Assembly: GCA_030674475.1 (NCBI GenBank)
Contig: JAUSCZ010000033.1
Coordinates: 52,018-116,017 of the forward strand
Direction: 5' to 3'
Length of the DNA stretch: 64,000 nt
Source of the DNA: Candidatus Omnitrophota bacterium
Lineage (GTDB): Bacteria > Omnitrophota > Gorgyraeia > Gygaellales > UBA12090
Shown here one piece after another: positions 37,974 through 49,374 of this stretch. The translations under genes and the position numbers were made by a program. The notes beneath the pieces are model-generated. The model was not told the origin of the DNA. It saw only the letters and a list, made by a program, of their open reading frames with translations, and did no database searches. The number at the start of each line of letters is the position of its first letter. Position 1 is the first letter of the stretch.

Positions 37974-37990
37974 ATTAAGAAAGGAAAAAA

Positions 37991-39211
37991 ATGAATTCAA
38001 CCCAAAACCAAAACAGTTTTTACGGGCTGGGTATAGCTCCGGGGCTTCTGGAGGTGCTGGATAAACTTAAGTTTAAGGTACCCACCCCAATTCAGTATAA
38101 GGCCATACCTATAGCCATTGAAGGTAAGGATATTATCGGGATTGCCCAGACCGGCACCGGTAAGACCCTGGCCTTTGGAATTCCGATGATTCAGCAGTTG
38201 GCCCAGAAAAGAGGCCGGGGCCTGGTGTTGGTTCCTACGCGCGAGCTCGCGATTCAGGTTAACGAAGCCCTGGTAAAGTTTGCCCCGATACTCAAGATGA
38301 GAACCACGGTGCTTATTGGTGGAGAATCTATGCATCTGCAGATCCAATCTTTAAGGAATGATCCCCGGATTATTATCGCCACCCCCGGCCGGCTGATTGA
38401 CCATATCGGCCAGCATACCCTGCGGCTTGACGATGTGGTTATTCTGGTGCTTGATGAGGCCGATCGCATGCTGGATATGGGCTTTGCCCCGCAAATAGAG
38501 CGTATCTTAAGACTCATTCCCCGGGAGCGCCAGACCATGCTTTTTTCAGCCACAATACCCCCCAGCATAGTGAAGATTGCCTCCGCCTATATGCATCTTC
38601 CGGTGCGCACCGAGATAGCCCCGACCGGGACCGCGGCCGAGCTGGTTTCCCAGGAGCTGTTTATTGTCAGCCGGGATCTAAAAGGAAGGCTGTTGGGTGA
38701 ATTGCTTAAACAATACAGTGGTTCGGTGCTTTTGTTTATCCGAACCAAAATCGGGGCCCGGAAAGTGACCCGCGTCTTAAGAACAATGGGTCATTCTGTC
38801 GCCGAGATCCACGCCGATCGGACCTTAGCCCAGCGCAAAGAAGCCTTGAGCGGCTTTAAGTCCGGAAAATACCGTATCCTCGCGGCTACCGACATCGCGG
38901 CCAGAGGCATTGACGTGAAAGGAATTGAGCTGGTTATAAATTACGACCTGCCGGATGACCCGGAAAATTATGTCCACAGGATAGGCCGCACCGGAAGAGC
39001 CGGGTTAAAAGGCCGGTCCATATCCCTGGCCACCCCGGATCAGGGAGATGATGTGCGCAATATTGAAAAGATCATGCGAACATCTATTCCTTTGTCTAAG
39101 CATCCCGGTGTTCCCACGGAAAGTTTTTCTTCCGCGCATAAAGCGCCGGCCCGGGCACATAAACCTTATCGTCCCCAGGGGCAGAATTTTAGCCGCTTTC
39201 ATCGAAGATAA
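37991..39211 (+). CDS. DEAD-box RNA helicase (RhlE-like)
   Basis: AQTGTGKT, PTRELA, DEAD, SAT and HRIGRTGR motifs. Confidence 0.95.
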   Translation: MNSTQNQNSFYGLGIAPGLLEVLDKLKFKVPTPIQYKAIPIAIEGKDIIGIAQTGTGKTLAFGIPMIQQLAQKRGRGLVLVPTRELAIQVNEALVKFAPILKMRTTVLIGGESMHLQIQSLRNDPRIIIATPGRLIDHIGQHTLRLDDVVILVLDEADRMLDMGFAPQIERILRLIPRERQTMLFSATIPPSIVKIASAYMHLPVRTEIAPTGTAAELVSQELFIVSRDLKGRLLGELLKQYSGSVLLFIRTKIGARKVTRVLRTMGHSVAEIHADRTLAQRKEALSGFKSGKYRILAATDIAARGIDVKGIELVINYDLPDDPENYVHRIGRTGRAGLKGRSISLATPDQGDDVRNIEKIMRTSIPLSKHPGVPTESFSSAHKAPARAHKPYRPQGQNFSRFHRR

Positions 39212-39296
39212 ACCCCGTCAGAAAGAGCGATGTTTTCGGCTCTGGCCTTTTCTGATTATGTTTGTCCTCCAACTTTAGGGAGCTTTCTAACGGGGT
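39212..39296. mobile_element. MITE-like element with 14-bp terminal inverted repeats
   Basis: ACCCCGTCAGAAAG...CTTTCTAACGGGGT; same ends at 60553-60655. Confidence 0.6.
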
Positions 39297-39344
39297 AAAG
39301 GCTAACCGGTTACACCTCAAAAAAAGTAACCCTAAAAAAAATAC

Positions 39345-39398
39345 TTGACAGATTTTTTTTTACGATTATAATTAGCACTCTGGCACTTAGAGTGCTAA
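39345..39398 (+). promoter_or_regulatory. groESL promoter with CIRCE operator (HrcA site)
   Basis: TTGACA-16 nt-TATAAT; perfect TTAGCACTC-N9-GAGTGCTAA at 39372-39398. Confidence 0.95.
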
Positions 39399-39480
39399 TT
39401 CAGGAGGATAGGCTTTCCTGCTCATTGAAGGAAAGGTCTAAATAAACAAAAATCAGTTAAATTTAAGGAGGAGGTATAGG

Positions 39481-39771
39481 ATGAACATACAACCACTTGG
39501 AGACAGGGTAATAATCAAACCGCTGGAGGCGGAGAGTAAGACTAAGGGCGGGATTGTCATTCCGGATACAGCCAAAGAGAAGCCGCAGGAAGGCAAAGTC
39601 GTGGCGGTAGGTAAGGGCAAGATTTCTGATGACGGTAAACTGCAGGTTTTAGAGGTAAAGGCCGGAGACAAGGTTCTTTACGGAAAATATTCCGGGACTG
39701 AAATCACCACTAAAGAAGGCGAAGAACTGTTAATCATGAAGGAAGAGGATATTTTAGCGATAATCAAATAA
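39481..39771 (+). CDS. groES: Co-chaperonin GroES
   Basis: [19 protein letters not shown]. Confidence 0.97.
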   Translation: MNIQPLGDRVIIKPLEAESKTKGGIVIPDTAKEKPQEGKVVAVGKGKISDDGKLQVLEVKAGDKVLYGKYSGTEITTKEGEELLIMKEEDILAIIK

Positions 39772-39780
39772 TAATCTTAA

Positions 39781-41433
<1,653 letters not shown>

Positions 41434-41462
41434 AAATTGCCATAATTCAGCAAGGCAATAAA

Positions 41463-41504
41463 AACCAAAAGGGCTTCGAGATAAAACTCGAAGCCCTTTT
41501 GGTT
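41463..41504 (+). terminator. Intrinsic terminator after groEL
   Basis: AACCAAAAGGGCTTCGAG...CTCGAAGCCCTTTTGGTT. Confidence 0.85.
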
Positions 41505-41510
41505 GTGTAT

Positions 41511-41538
41511 GTAGGGGTCCTTCGCGAAGGGCCCCTAC
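41511..41538. repeat. GTAG-type REP palindrome
   Basis: GTAGGGGTCCTTCGCGAAGGGCCCCTAC. Confidence 0.7.
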
Positions 41539-41581
41539 ATTTTCTCTATGCTGTTTTTAGCGGTTATGTTATAATTTAAAT

Positions 41582-42556
41582 ATGCTTACCTATATAATCA
41601 AAAGACTATTGGGGATGTTTCCGCTCTTGTGGGGGATAATCACTATTTCCTTTATGGTTATCCATCTTGCTCCCGGCAAGCCGTCCGCTTTAACCGAGGC
41701 CATGAATCCCAGGGTTTCCTCAGAGGTGAGAGAGAGGCTGAATAAGCTCTACGGTTTAGACCGGCCGCTGCCTATTCAGTATTTTGATTGGTGTCGAAAA
41801 ATAGTTACTTTGGATTTCGGCGTTTCGTTTATTGACGGCAGGCCGGTTATCCGAAAGATTGGCGAGCGTCTGCCCTTGACGGTTTTTATCAACCTCACGT
41901 CGCTTTTTATTATTCTCTTTCTGGGGATTATCATTGGTTTAAAATGCGCTTCTCAGGCGGGTTCTCTTTATGACCATTTTATGAGTCTGTTGGTTTTTAT
42001 CGGTTTTGCCATGCCGGGATTTTGGCTGAGTTTGCTGCTGATGGATTTTTTTGGGCTTAAGTTAAGATGGCTTCCTATTTCCGGGATAACCTCTTTGGAT
42101 TTTGAATATTTTACTTTCTGGGGCAAGGCGGGGGATTTACTTAGACATCTGGCTTTGCCTCTTTTTGTTTCTTGTTTTGGCGGCCTGGCCGGGATTTCCC
42201 GCTATATCCGTCAGAATACCTTAGAGATATTAAAGACACCTTATATTCGCGCCGCCCGGGCCAGAGGGTTAACCCGTTCTGCCGTGCTTATTCAACACGC
42301 CCTTCCCAATACCTTACTTCCGGTAGTTACTATTCTGGGATTATCTATTCCTGGTTTAATCGGTGGAAGCGTTATTTTTGAGTCTATTTTTGCCTTGCCT
42401 GGGGTGGGGAGGCTTTTTTATGAGGCGGTAATGGCCCGGGATTACCCGATGATAATGGCGGAGTTGGTTATTGGCGCGGCCTTGACCTTGTGGGGAAATT
42501 TTCTGGCGGATATTGCCTATAGCTATGTTGATCCCCGGATAAGATATAAAAGATGA
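41582..42556 (+). CDS. Peptide ABC transporter permease (DppB/OppB)
   Basis: YIIKRLL, ARARGL EAA loop, RDYP and DPRIR motifs. Confidence 0.9.
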   Translation: MLTYIIKRLLGMFPLLWGIITISFMVIHLAPGKPSALTEAMNPRVSSEVRERLNKLYGLDRPLPIQYFDWCRKIVTLDFGVSFIDGRPVIRKIGERLPLTVFINLTSLFIILFLGIIIGLKCASQAGSLYDHFMSLLVFIGFAMPGFWLSLLLMDFFGLKLRWLPISGITSLDFEYFTFWGKAGDLLRHLALPLFVSCFGGLAGISRYIRQNTLEILKTPYIRAARARGLTRSAVLIQHALPNTLLPVVTILGLSIPGLIGGSVIFESIFALPGVGRLFYEAVMARDYPMIMAELVIGAALTLWGNFLADIAYSYVDPRIRYKR

Positions 42557-43344
42557 AGCCTAAATTATTAGCCGGAATAATTATTATCGGTATATTGAGC
42601 GTGGGCGCGATTTTTGCCCCGCTTTTGGCTAAGTATGACCCGAACAAAATTGTCCTTGAGGATGTCCTTGCCGGGCCAACGCAGAAACACATCTTAGGCG
42701 CCGACCAATTGGGCAGGGATCTTTTTAGCCGGATGCTTTTTGGGGCTCGGGTGTCTTTATTGGTCGGGGTGATAGCCGTGGGCATAGCGGTTTTGGCGGG
42801 CTTGGTTTTGGGTTCTCTGGCCGGATTTCTGGGCGGGATTACGGATACCCTGATTATGCGTTTTGTGGATATTATGCTTTGTTTTCCGGCCTTCTTCCTG
42901 ATTCTGGCGGTGGCGGCAATTTTAGAGCCTTCCATATTTAATATTATGCTGATTATTGGTTTGACTAGTTGGATGGGGATAGCCCGTTTAGTCCGGGCTG
43001 AGATTTTGTCTTTAAAAGAGAAGGAATTTATTCTGGCGGCCAGGGCAATCGGTTTGAGTAATTTCAGGATAATCCTGGGCCACCTTATCCCTAATGCCCT
43101 AAATCCGGTGATAGTCAATGCCGCCTTAGGGGTAGGCTCGGCCATACTTTTAGAGTCATCGTTGAGTTTTCTGGGCCTGGGGGTCCAGCCGCCTCAGGCC
43201 AGCTGGGGAAATATCCTGGCTGAGTCTAAGGCGGTTTTAGGGGCAGCCTGGTGGATGTCGGTTTGTCCGGGCCTGGCCATACTTCTGACAGTCTTGGGTT
43301 TTAATTTATTAGGAGAAGGCTTAAGAGAAACCAGTAACCAGTAA
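42553..43344 (+). CDS. Peptide ABC transporter permease (DppC/OppC)
   Basis: HILGADQLGRD, ESSLSFLGLG, SWG. Confidence 0.9.
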   Translation: MKPKLLAGIIIIGILSVGAIFAPLLAKYDPNKIVLEDVLAGPTQKHILGADQLGRDLFSRMLFGARVSLLVGVIAVGIAVLAGLVLGSLAGFLGGITDTLIMRFVDIMLCFPAFFLILAVAAILEPSIFNIMLIIGLTSWMGIARLVRAEILSLKEKEFILAARAIGLSNFRIILGHLIPNALNPVIVNAALGVGSAILLESSLSFLGLGVQPPQASWGNILAESKAVLGAAWWMSVCPGLAILLTVLGFNLLGEGLRETSNQ

Positions 43345-43359
43345 CCAGTAACCAGATAA

Positions 43360-44148
43360 ATGAACAAGCTATTAGAGATTAGAAATTTGAGCATTCAGTT
43401 TTGCCAGCAGCGGCAGATAATTCAGGCGGTGGAGAAAGTAGATTTGGATCTATTTGAGGATGAGATTCTGGCCTTAGTGGGTGAGTCCGGAAGCGGCAAG
43501 ACCATGACCGCTTTAAGTATTACGAAAATTCTTCCTCAATCCGCCACAATAACCGAAGGCAAGGTTATTTTTCAAGGCCGCGATTTGTTAAAAACCGCAG
43601 AGCGGGATTTAGAGGCAATCCGGGGCAAGGAAATCTCTTATATATTTCAGGAGGCTCAGGCCTCTTTAAATCCGGTTTTACCTATTGGCCGGCAGATTCA
43701 GGAGAGCATTATTTTGCATCATCAGGCAAAGGATAAAAAGGAAGCCTTAAGTATGGCTGGAGATTTATTAGAGCTGGTGAGACTGCCCCACCCGCAAAGG
43801 ATATTAAGAAGCTATCCCCACCAGCTCTCCGGAGGGATGAACCAGCGGGTAATGATCGCTTTGGGTTTAAGCTCCGGGCCTAAGCTTTTGATCGCCGATG
43901 AGCCGACCAGTTCTTTGGATGTTACCGTTGAGGCCCAAATTATCCGGATGCTCTTAGAGCTTAAAGAAAAATTGCGTTTCAGTATTTTATTTATTACCCA
44001 TAATCTGGCCTTGGCTGAACGGTTCGCTTCCCGGATTGCTATTATGTTTAAAGGTAAAATTGTGGAAGCGGGGCTAACCAAAGATATTTTCTCAGCGCCC
44101 CAACATCCGCACACCCGGGAGTTGATTAATTCTATAATTCGAATATGA
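43360..44148 (+). CDS. Peptide ABC transporter ATPase (DppD/OppD)
   Basis: GESGSGKT, YPHQLSGG, ADEPT. Confidence 0.9.
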   Translation: MNKLLEIRNLSIQFCQQRQIIQAVEKVDLDLFEDEILALVGESGSGKTMTALSITKILPQSATITEGKVIFQGRDLLKTAERDLEAIRGKEISYIFQEAQASLNPVLPIGRQIQESIILHHQAKDKKEALSMAGDLLELVRLPHPQRILRSYPHQLSGGMNQRVMIALGLSSGPKLLIADEPTSSLDVTVEAQIIRMLLELKEKLRFSILFITHNLALAERFASRIAIMFKGKIVEAGLTKDIFSAPQHPHTRELINSIIRI

Positions 44149-44882
44149 TTCTTGAAGTAATAAACCTGAAAAAATATTTTCCCATTGAAAGGGGCATCTT
44201 CAGAACTGCCGGCGGTTTTATTAAGGCCGTTGACGGAGTAAGTTTTTTTCTTGCCGAAGGAGAGGTTTTGGGGGTGCTGGGTGAGTCCGGATGCGGCAAG
44301 AGCACCCTGGCCAAGTTAATCTTAAAGTTAATGGAACCTACCAGCGGTAAAATAGTTTTTTCTCCTTTACTAGCTAATATTAGAAGGTCGGTGGGGATTA
44401 TTTTTCAGGATCCGTTTTTAAGCTTAGACCCCAAGATGCGCGTCAGGGATATTCTCCGCGAGCCGTTTTTAGCGCATAAATTAGAAGTCAGCGATGATAA
44501 AATAGGGGAATTGCTTGGGTTGGTTGGGCTGGACGGAGATTTATTGAGACGTTTCCCCCACCAGCTCAGCGGCGGCCAGCGCCAGAGGGTCTGTATCGCC
44601 AGGAGCTTAAGCCTAAAGCCTAAGCTTTTAGTTCTGGATGAGCCGCTTTCTTCCTTAGACTTGATTAGCCAGAAGCAGATTTTAGAATTATTGCTGGGCC
44701 TGCGAATAAAATTTAAAATGTCTTATCTGTTTATCAGCCATAATATCGCGCTTATCCGAGAAATCTCTGACCGGATAATGGTGATGTCTGCCGGTAAAAT
44801 AGCAGAGGAAGGAAAGACGGCAGAAATTTTTAATTTCCCTAAATCCAGTTACACAAAAAAACTCCTTGAAGCGGCAAGTTAG
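44145..44882 (+). CDS. Peptide ABC transporter ATPase (DppF/OppF)
   Basis: GESGCGKS, FPHQLSGGQ, LDEP. Confidence 0.9.
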   Translation: MILEVINLKKYFPIERGIFRTAGGFIKAVDGVSFFLAEGEVLGVLGESGCGKSTLAKLILKLMEPTSGKIVFSPLLANIRRSVGIIFQDPFLSLDPKMRVRDILREPFLAHKLEVSDDKIGELLGLVGLDGDLLRRFPHQLSGGQRQRVCIARSLSLKPKLLVLDEPLSSLDLISQKQILELLLGLRIKFKMSYLFISHNIALIREISDRIMVMSAGKIAEEGKTAEIFNFPKSSYTKKLLEAAS

Positions 44883-44950
44883 ATAAGCTATAATAACTTA
44901 GCTTTTTTTCGTATTTAGGGTAATAAATAACAAAATGTAAATGATAAAAA

Positions 44951-45034
44951 GTAGTTTATAGTTGATGGTGTATAGTTTATAGCCATTACTTTAAAACCAT
45001 AAACCATAAACCATAAACTATCAACTATCAACTA
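44951..45034. repeat. Inverted heptamer array (TAGTTTA/TAGTTGA vs TAAACCA/TCAACTA)
   Basis: Tandem 7-mers followed by their reverse complements. Confidence 0.7.
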
Positions 45035-45048
45035 TTTAACATTAATCT

Positions 45049-45645
45049 ATGCCAGAATTTCTCAGGCCGTATGTATTAACTTTTATTCCTATCTTTGTGG
45101 CGGTGGATGCCCTGGGGAATATTCCTCTCTTTGTCTCTCTGACTCATTCTTTAAACAAGAAACAGAAGCAAAGGGTGATTCGGGAATCGCTTTTAACGGC
45201 AACGGTAATCGCGGTTTCCTTTATGTTTTTAGGTAAGGCAATTTTAAGGGTCTTGAATATCAGCGTGGCTGATTTTCAGATAGCCGGGGGAATATTGCTT
45301 TTGGTTATCTCCACTAATCTTCTTTTGGCTGGTAAGGGCCGGGATTCAGTTTTAAGCAAGGGAAGCTCGGAGGCCGGGGTTTTTCCTTTAGGCACGCCCT
45401 TAGTTACCGGGCCGGCGGTGTTGACCATGATCTTGATGGTGGTGGATAACTTTGGCTGGATGCCGTCTTTGATTTCTTTGCTTTTAAATATGCTGATTGT
45501 CTGGTTTACTTTTCGTTACGCCGATCTTTTTACCGCGTTAATCGGCGAGTCCGGGATGCGCGCGTTTTCCAAGATTATCTATATTTTTCTGGCGGCTATC
45601 GCGGTAATGATGATGCGTAAAGGCATATCGGGGTTTCTTTTATGA
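45049..45645 (+). CDS. MarC family membrane protein
   Basis: DALGNIP, FQIAGG and FPLGTPLVTGP; about six TM segments. Confidence 0.88.
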   Translation: MPEFLRPYVLTFIPIFVAVDALGNIPLFVSLTHSLNKKQKQRVIRESLLTATVIAVSFMFLGKAILRVLNISVADFQIAGGILLLVISTNLLLAGKGRDSVLSKGSSEAGVFPLGTPLVTGPAVLTMILMVVDNFGWMPSLISLLLNMLIVWFTFRYADLFTALIGESGMRAFSKIIYIFLAAIAVMMMRKGISGFLL

Positions 45646-46889
45646 GTAGTAAGGTTCTGACTTTTATTCTGGCCGGGGGTAAGGGAGAGCGGTTGCATCC
45701 TTTGACTAAGGACCGGGCTAAACCGGCAGTTCCTTTTGGGGGAATTTACCGGATTATTGATTTTACTTTATCCAACTGCATAAACTCCGGACTGCGCCGC
45801 ATCCACGTTTTGATTCAGTATAAGTCCATATCCTTACAGCGTCATCTGAGGATAGGGTGGAATGTCTTTAATTCCGACCTGGGAGAATTCATTGATGTGA
45901 TCCCGGCCCAGCAAAGGGTGGGTTCGGATTGGTACCGGGGCACCGCCGATGCCATTTATCAGAATATTTACACCATTGAACAGGAAAAGGCGGATGATGT
46001 CTTGATTCTGGCCGGAGACCATGTCTATAAGATGAACTATTATAAGATGATTGATTATCACCGTCAATTGGGAGCGGACCTTACGGTGGGCGTGTGTGAG
46101 ATGGAAAAAGAGAAATCTTCCCAGCTGGGCGTGCTTGAGGTGGACGATAAGGGGAGAGTTTTGGGTTTTGAGGAAAAACCGGATAAACCTAAAACTATTC
46201 CCAAAAAATCAGATAAAATATACGCCTCAATGGGAATTTATGTTTTTAACCGCCGGGTGCTGGCGGAGGAATTGATTGAGGATTGCGCCAAAAATACCGA
46301 TCATGACTTTGGAAAGAATATCATTCCTCAGATGATTAAAAAGGCAAAATTAGTCTACGCCTATAATTTTTCTTCCATAAAACGCGAAGGCGAGCAATGC
46401 CTGGCAGGTGAATCAGCGAACTATTGGAGGGATATCGGGACCATTGATGCTTATCACGAGGCCAATATGGACCTCCTGGGGCCGGAGCCGATTTTTAATC
46501 TCTACGACCGGGAATGGCCGATTAGGACCTATCAGGAGCAGTTCCCTCCGGCCCGGACCGTGCATTCCGGAGAAGAAACCAAGGAGAGGATTGGCTTGTT
46601 TTTGGATTCTCTGGTTTCCAGCGGCTGTGTTATCAGCGGGGGAAAGGTCCAACGTTCAATACTTTCGCCCAATGTGCGGATTAACAGTTTCTCCGAGGTT
46701 TATGATTCCATCCTGATGGAAGGGGTGGATGTGGGCAGGTATGCCAGGATAAAACGGGCAATTATTGATAAAGAAGTTAAGCTTCCCCAGGGAGTAATAA
46801 TCGGATACGATTCGGCTGAAGATAAAAAAAGGTTTCATGTTACTGATTCGGGGATTGTGGTGGTGGGAAAAGGAACCGAGATAAGATAG
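45642..46889 (+). CDS. glgC: Glucose-1-phosphate adenylyltransferase
   Basis: LAGGKGERL, RAKPAVPFGG, WYRGTADA, DFGK and YWRDIGT motifs. Confidence 0.95.
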   Translation: MSSKVLTFILAGGKGERLHPLTKDRAKPAVPFGGIYRIIDFTLSNCINSGLRRIHVLIQYKSISLQRHLRIGWNVFNSDLGEFIDVIPAQQRVGSDWYRGTADAIYQNIYTIEQEKADDVLILAGDHVYKMNYYKMIDYHRQLGADLTVGVCEMEKEKSSQLGVLEVDDKGRVLGFEEKPDKPKTIPKKSDKIYASMGIYVFNRRVLAEELIEDCAKNTDHDFGKNIIPQMIKKAKLVYAYNFSSIKREGEQCLAGESANYWRDIGTIDAYHEANMDLLGPEPIFNLYDREWPIRTYQEQFPPARTVHSGEETKERIGLFLDSLVSSGCVISGGKVQRSILSPNVRINSFSEVYDSILMEGVDVGRYARIKRAIIDKEVKLPQGVIIGYDSAEDKKRFHVTDSGIVVVGKGTEIR

Positions 46890-46895
46890 GTCCTC

Positions 46896-47345
46896 ATGAT
46901 AAGAAAGGCCAAGGTCGGCGATATAAAACGGATACAAGAGTTGATTAATTATTTTGCCGGCCAGGACCTAATGCTGCCGCGCTCTTTGAATATCCTGTAT
47001 GAGAATTTAAGGGATTTCTTTGTCTGTGAGGATAAAAATAAAATTGTCGGCTGTTCGGCCCTGCATATCTCCTGGGATGATCTGGCTGAGATAAAGTCTT
47101 TGGCGGTGGCCAAGAATTATCAGAATAAGGGAATAGGCAGAAAGTTAGCTGAGGCCTGCATCCTGGAGGCCAAGGAAATTGGGGCGGGAAGGGTATTTGT
47201 GTTGACTTACGCGCCGGATTTTTTTAAGAAACTCGGGTTTAGGCAGACAGCCCATAACAAATTGCCGCATAAGATTTGGGCGGAGTGTATTAATTGCCCG
47301 AAGTTCCCGGATTGCCAGGAAACGGCGTTAATTAAGAAAATATGA
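46896..47345 (+). CDS. GNAT N-acetyltransferase (short ArgA-like)
   Basis: AEIKSLAV, QNKGIG, LPHKIW.EC motifs. Confidence 0.8.
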   Translation: MIRKAKVGDIKRIQELINYFAGQDLMLPRSLNILYENLRDFFVCEDKNKIVGCSALHISWDDLAEIKSLAVAKNYQNKGIGRKLAEACILEAKEIGAGRVFVLTYAPDFFKKLGFRQTAHNKLPHKIWAECINCPKFPDCQETALIKKI

Positions 47346-47395
47346 GGCGCGATAAATCGTACCGCTACAGTAGCGGCGCCATTTATGGCGCTAAT
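47346..47395. repeat. REP-like palindromic doublet (copy of 13086-13135)
   Basis: 47/50 identity with the other copy. Confidence 0.85.
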
Positions 47396-47413
47396 ACGCG
47401 AGGGAGATAATAA

Positions 47414-48565
47414 ATGGATTATTTGTTTACTGAAGAACAGAAAATGATCAGGGATTTATGCCGCCAGATTGCCAGAGAAAAAATAGCTCCGATAGCGGCA
47501 GAATATGACCGCAGTGAAAAGTTTCCTCATGAGGCAATTAAGATAATCGCCGATTCCGACCTTTTCGCGATTTTCGTGCCGGTGGAATACGGCGGCACCG
47601 GAGGCGGGGTTTTGGATTTATCCATTGCTACCGAAGAGCTGTCCCGGGCCTGCGGCGGTATTGCCGTGTGCTACGCGGCGTCAGCCTTGGGGACATTCCC
47701 CATAGTCTTATTCGGAAACGACCAGCAGAAGAGGAAATATCTGCCGGATTTAGCTAAGGGTAAGACGATTGCCGCTTTTGGAATTACTGAGCCTGAGGCC
47801 GGATCGGATGCCTCGGCAATTAAGACTACCGCTCTAAAAAAAGGGGATCACTATATCTTAAACGGCACCAAGCATTTTATCACCAACGGGGGTGAGGCCG
47901 GGATCTATACCATAATCGCGAAGAGTGATCGTAGTAAGGGGGCCAGGGGAGCCTCCGCCTTTATCGTGGAAAAAGGCACTCCCGGATTTACCTTTGGCAA
48001 AAAAGAAGACAAGCTGGGTATCCGGGCTTCCATTACCAGCGAGCTTATCTTTACTGACTGTAAGATTCCCCAAGAAAATCTGATTGCCAAGGAAGGAATG
48101 GGTTTTGTTGTTACTATGAAGACCTTTGATATGTCCCGTCCCGGGGTAGCGGCCCAGGCCCTGGGGATTGCTCAGGGAGCCTTGGATGTGGCGGTTAAAT
48201 ACGCGCGGGAAAGGCGTCAGTTCGGAAAATCTATCGCCAGCTTTCAAGGGATTCAATGGATGCTCGCGGATATGGCCACTAAAATAGAGGCATCGCGGGC
48301 CCTGATTTATTCTTGCGCTAAGATGATTGACAGCGGCAATACCAATGTGGCTAAAGAGTCGGCAATGGCTAAACTGTTTGCCTCGGATACGGCAATGCAG
48401 GTATCTACCGACGCGGTGCAGATTTTAGGCGGTTACGGCTATATGCGGGATTATCCGGCCGAAAAATATATGCGCGATGCCAAGATCACCCAGATATATG
48501 AAGGAACAAACCAGATTCAACGCAACATCATCGCCTTGCAGTTAATTAGGGAAGCGGCAAAATAA
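47414..48565 (+). CDS. Acyl-CoA dehydrogenase (butyryl-CoA dehydrogenase-like)
   Basis: TEPEAGSDA, RRQFG, GGYGY and IYEGTNQIQ motifs. Confidence 0.93.
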   Translation: MDYLFTEEQKMIRDLCRQIAREKIAPIAAEYDRSEKFPHEAIKIIADSDLFAIFVPVEYGGTGGGVLDLSIATEELSRACGGIAVCYAASALGTFPIVLFGNDQQKRKYLPDLAKGKTIAAFGITEPEAGSDASAIKTTALKKGDHYILNGTKHFITNGGEAGIYTIIAKSDRSKGARGASAFIVEKGTPGFTFGKKEDKLGIRASITSELIFTDCKIPQENLIAKEGMGFVVTMKTFDMSRPGVAAQALGIAQGALDVAVKYARERRQFGKSIASFQGIQWMLADMATKIEASRALIYSCAKMIDSGNTNVAKESAMAKLFASDTAMQVSTDAVQILGGYGYMRDYPAEKYMRDAKITQIYEGTNQIQRNIIALQLIREAAK

Positions 48566-48593
48566 AGTCAAAAGGTAAAAGTAAAGAGGGGAA

Positions 48594-49373
48594 ATGAATA
48601 TAATTGTTTGTATTAAGCAGGTTCCGGAAACCACGGAAGTCCGGATCAACCCTGAGACTAATACCTTGATGCGCGAGGGGGTAAAGTCCATTATTAACCC
48701 TTTTGATATGTACGCTATTGAGGAAGGGGTGCGGCTAAAGGAGAAGTTTGGGGGTAAGGTTACGGTATTGACTATGGGCCCGCCCCAAGCAGAGGCGGCT
48801 TTAAAAGAGGCAATATCTCTGGGCGCGGATGAGGCGGTATTATTGTCTGACCGGGCCTTTGCCGGAAGCGACACCTGGGCCACCAGCTATACTCTGGCCG
48901 CGGGGGTGCGCAAGCTCAAGGAGTATGATTTGATTATCTGCGGCAAGCAGGCCTCTGATGGAGACACTGCCCAGGTGGGCCCGGGAATAGCCACTCACTT
49001 AGATATTCCGCAGGTAACGTATGTAAAGAAAATAGAGGAAGTCAAGGATAAGACTATCAAAGTGGAACGGATGACCGAGGAGGGCTACGAGATAATTGAA
49101 TCTTCTTTACCTTTATTGATTACCGTGGTTAAAGAGATTAACACTCCCCGCGTGCCTTCCTTACGTGGACTGATGCGTTCCAAGCAGGCCAAGATAACTG
49201 TATTGGGGGTTAAGGATTTAGATGTGGAGACCGCCAACCTTGGGTTGTGCGGTTCTCCTACCCAGGTGGCCAAGATATTTACCCCTCCCGCGCGGCCTGA
49301 AGGAGAAAAAATTAAGGGCACTGCTGAAGAGATTGTGGTTAAATTAGCCGAAATATTAAAGCGGGAAAAATAA
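48594..49373 (+). CDS. etfB: Electron transfer flavoprotein beta subunit
   Basis: VCIKQVP, GSDTWAT, GKQASDGDTAQVGP. Confidence 0.93.
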   Translation: MNIIVCIKQVPETTEVRINPETNTLMREGVKSIINPFDMYAIEEGVRLKEKFGGKVTVLTMGPPQAEAALKEAISLGADEAVLLSDRAFAGSDTWATSYTLAAGVRKLKEYDLIICGKQASDGDTAQVGPGIATHLDIPQVTYVKKIEEVKDKTIKVERMTEEGYEIIESSLPLLITVVKEINTPRVPSLRGLMRSKQAKITVLGVKDLDVETANLGLCGSPTQVAKIFTPPARPEGEKIKGTAEEIVVKLAEILKREK

Positions 49374-49374
49374 T

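Noticed and set aside
41582-44882. Peptide ABC operon lacking a substrate-binding gene as a novel system
   Set aside because: Binding-protein genes are often encoded elsewhere; cannot be judged from this window
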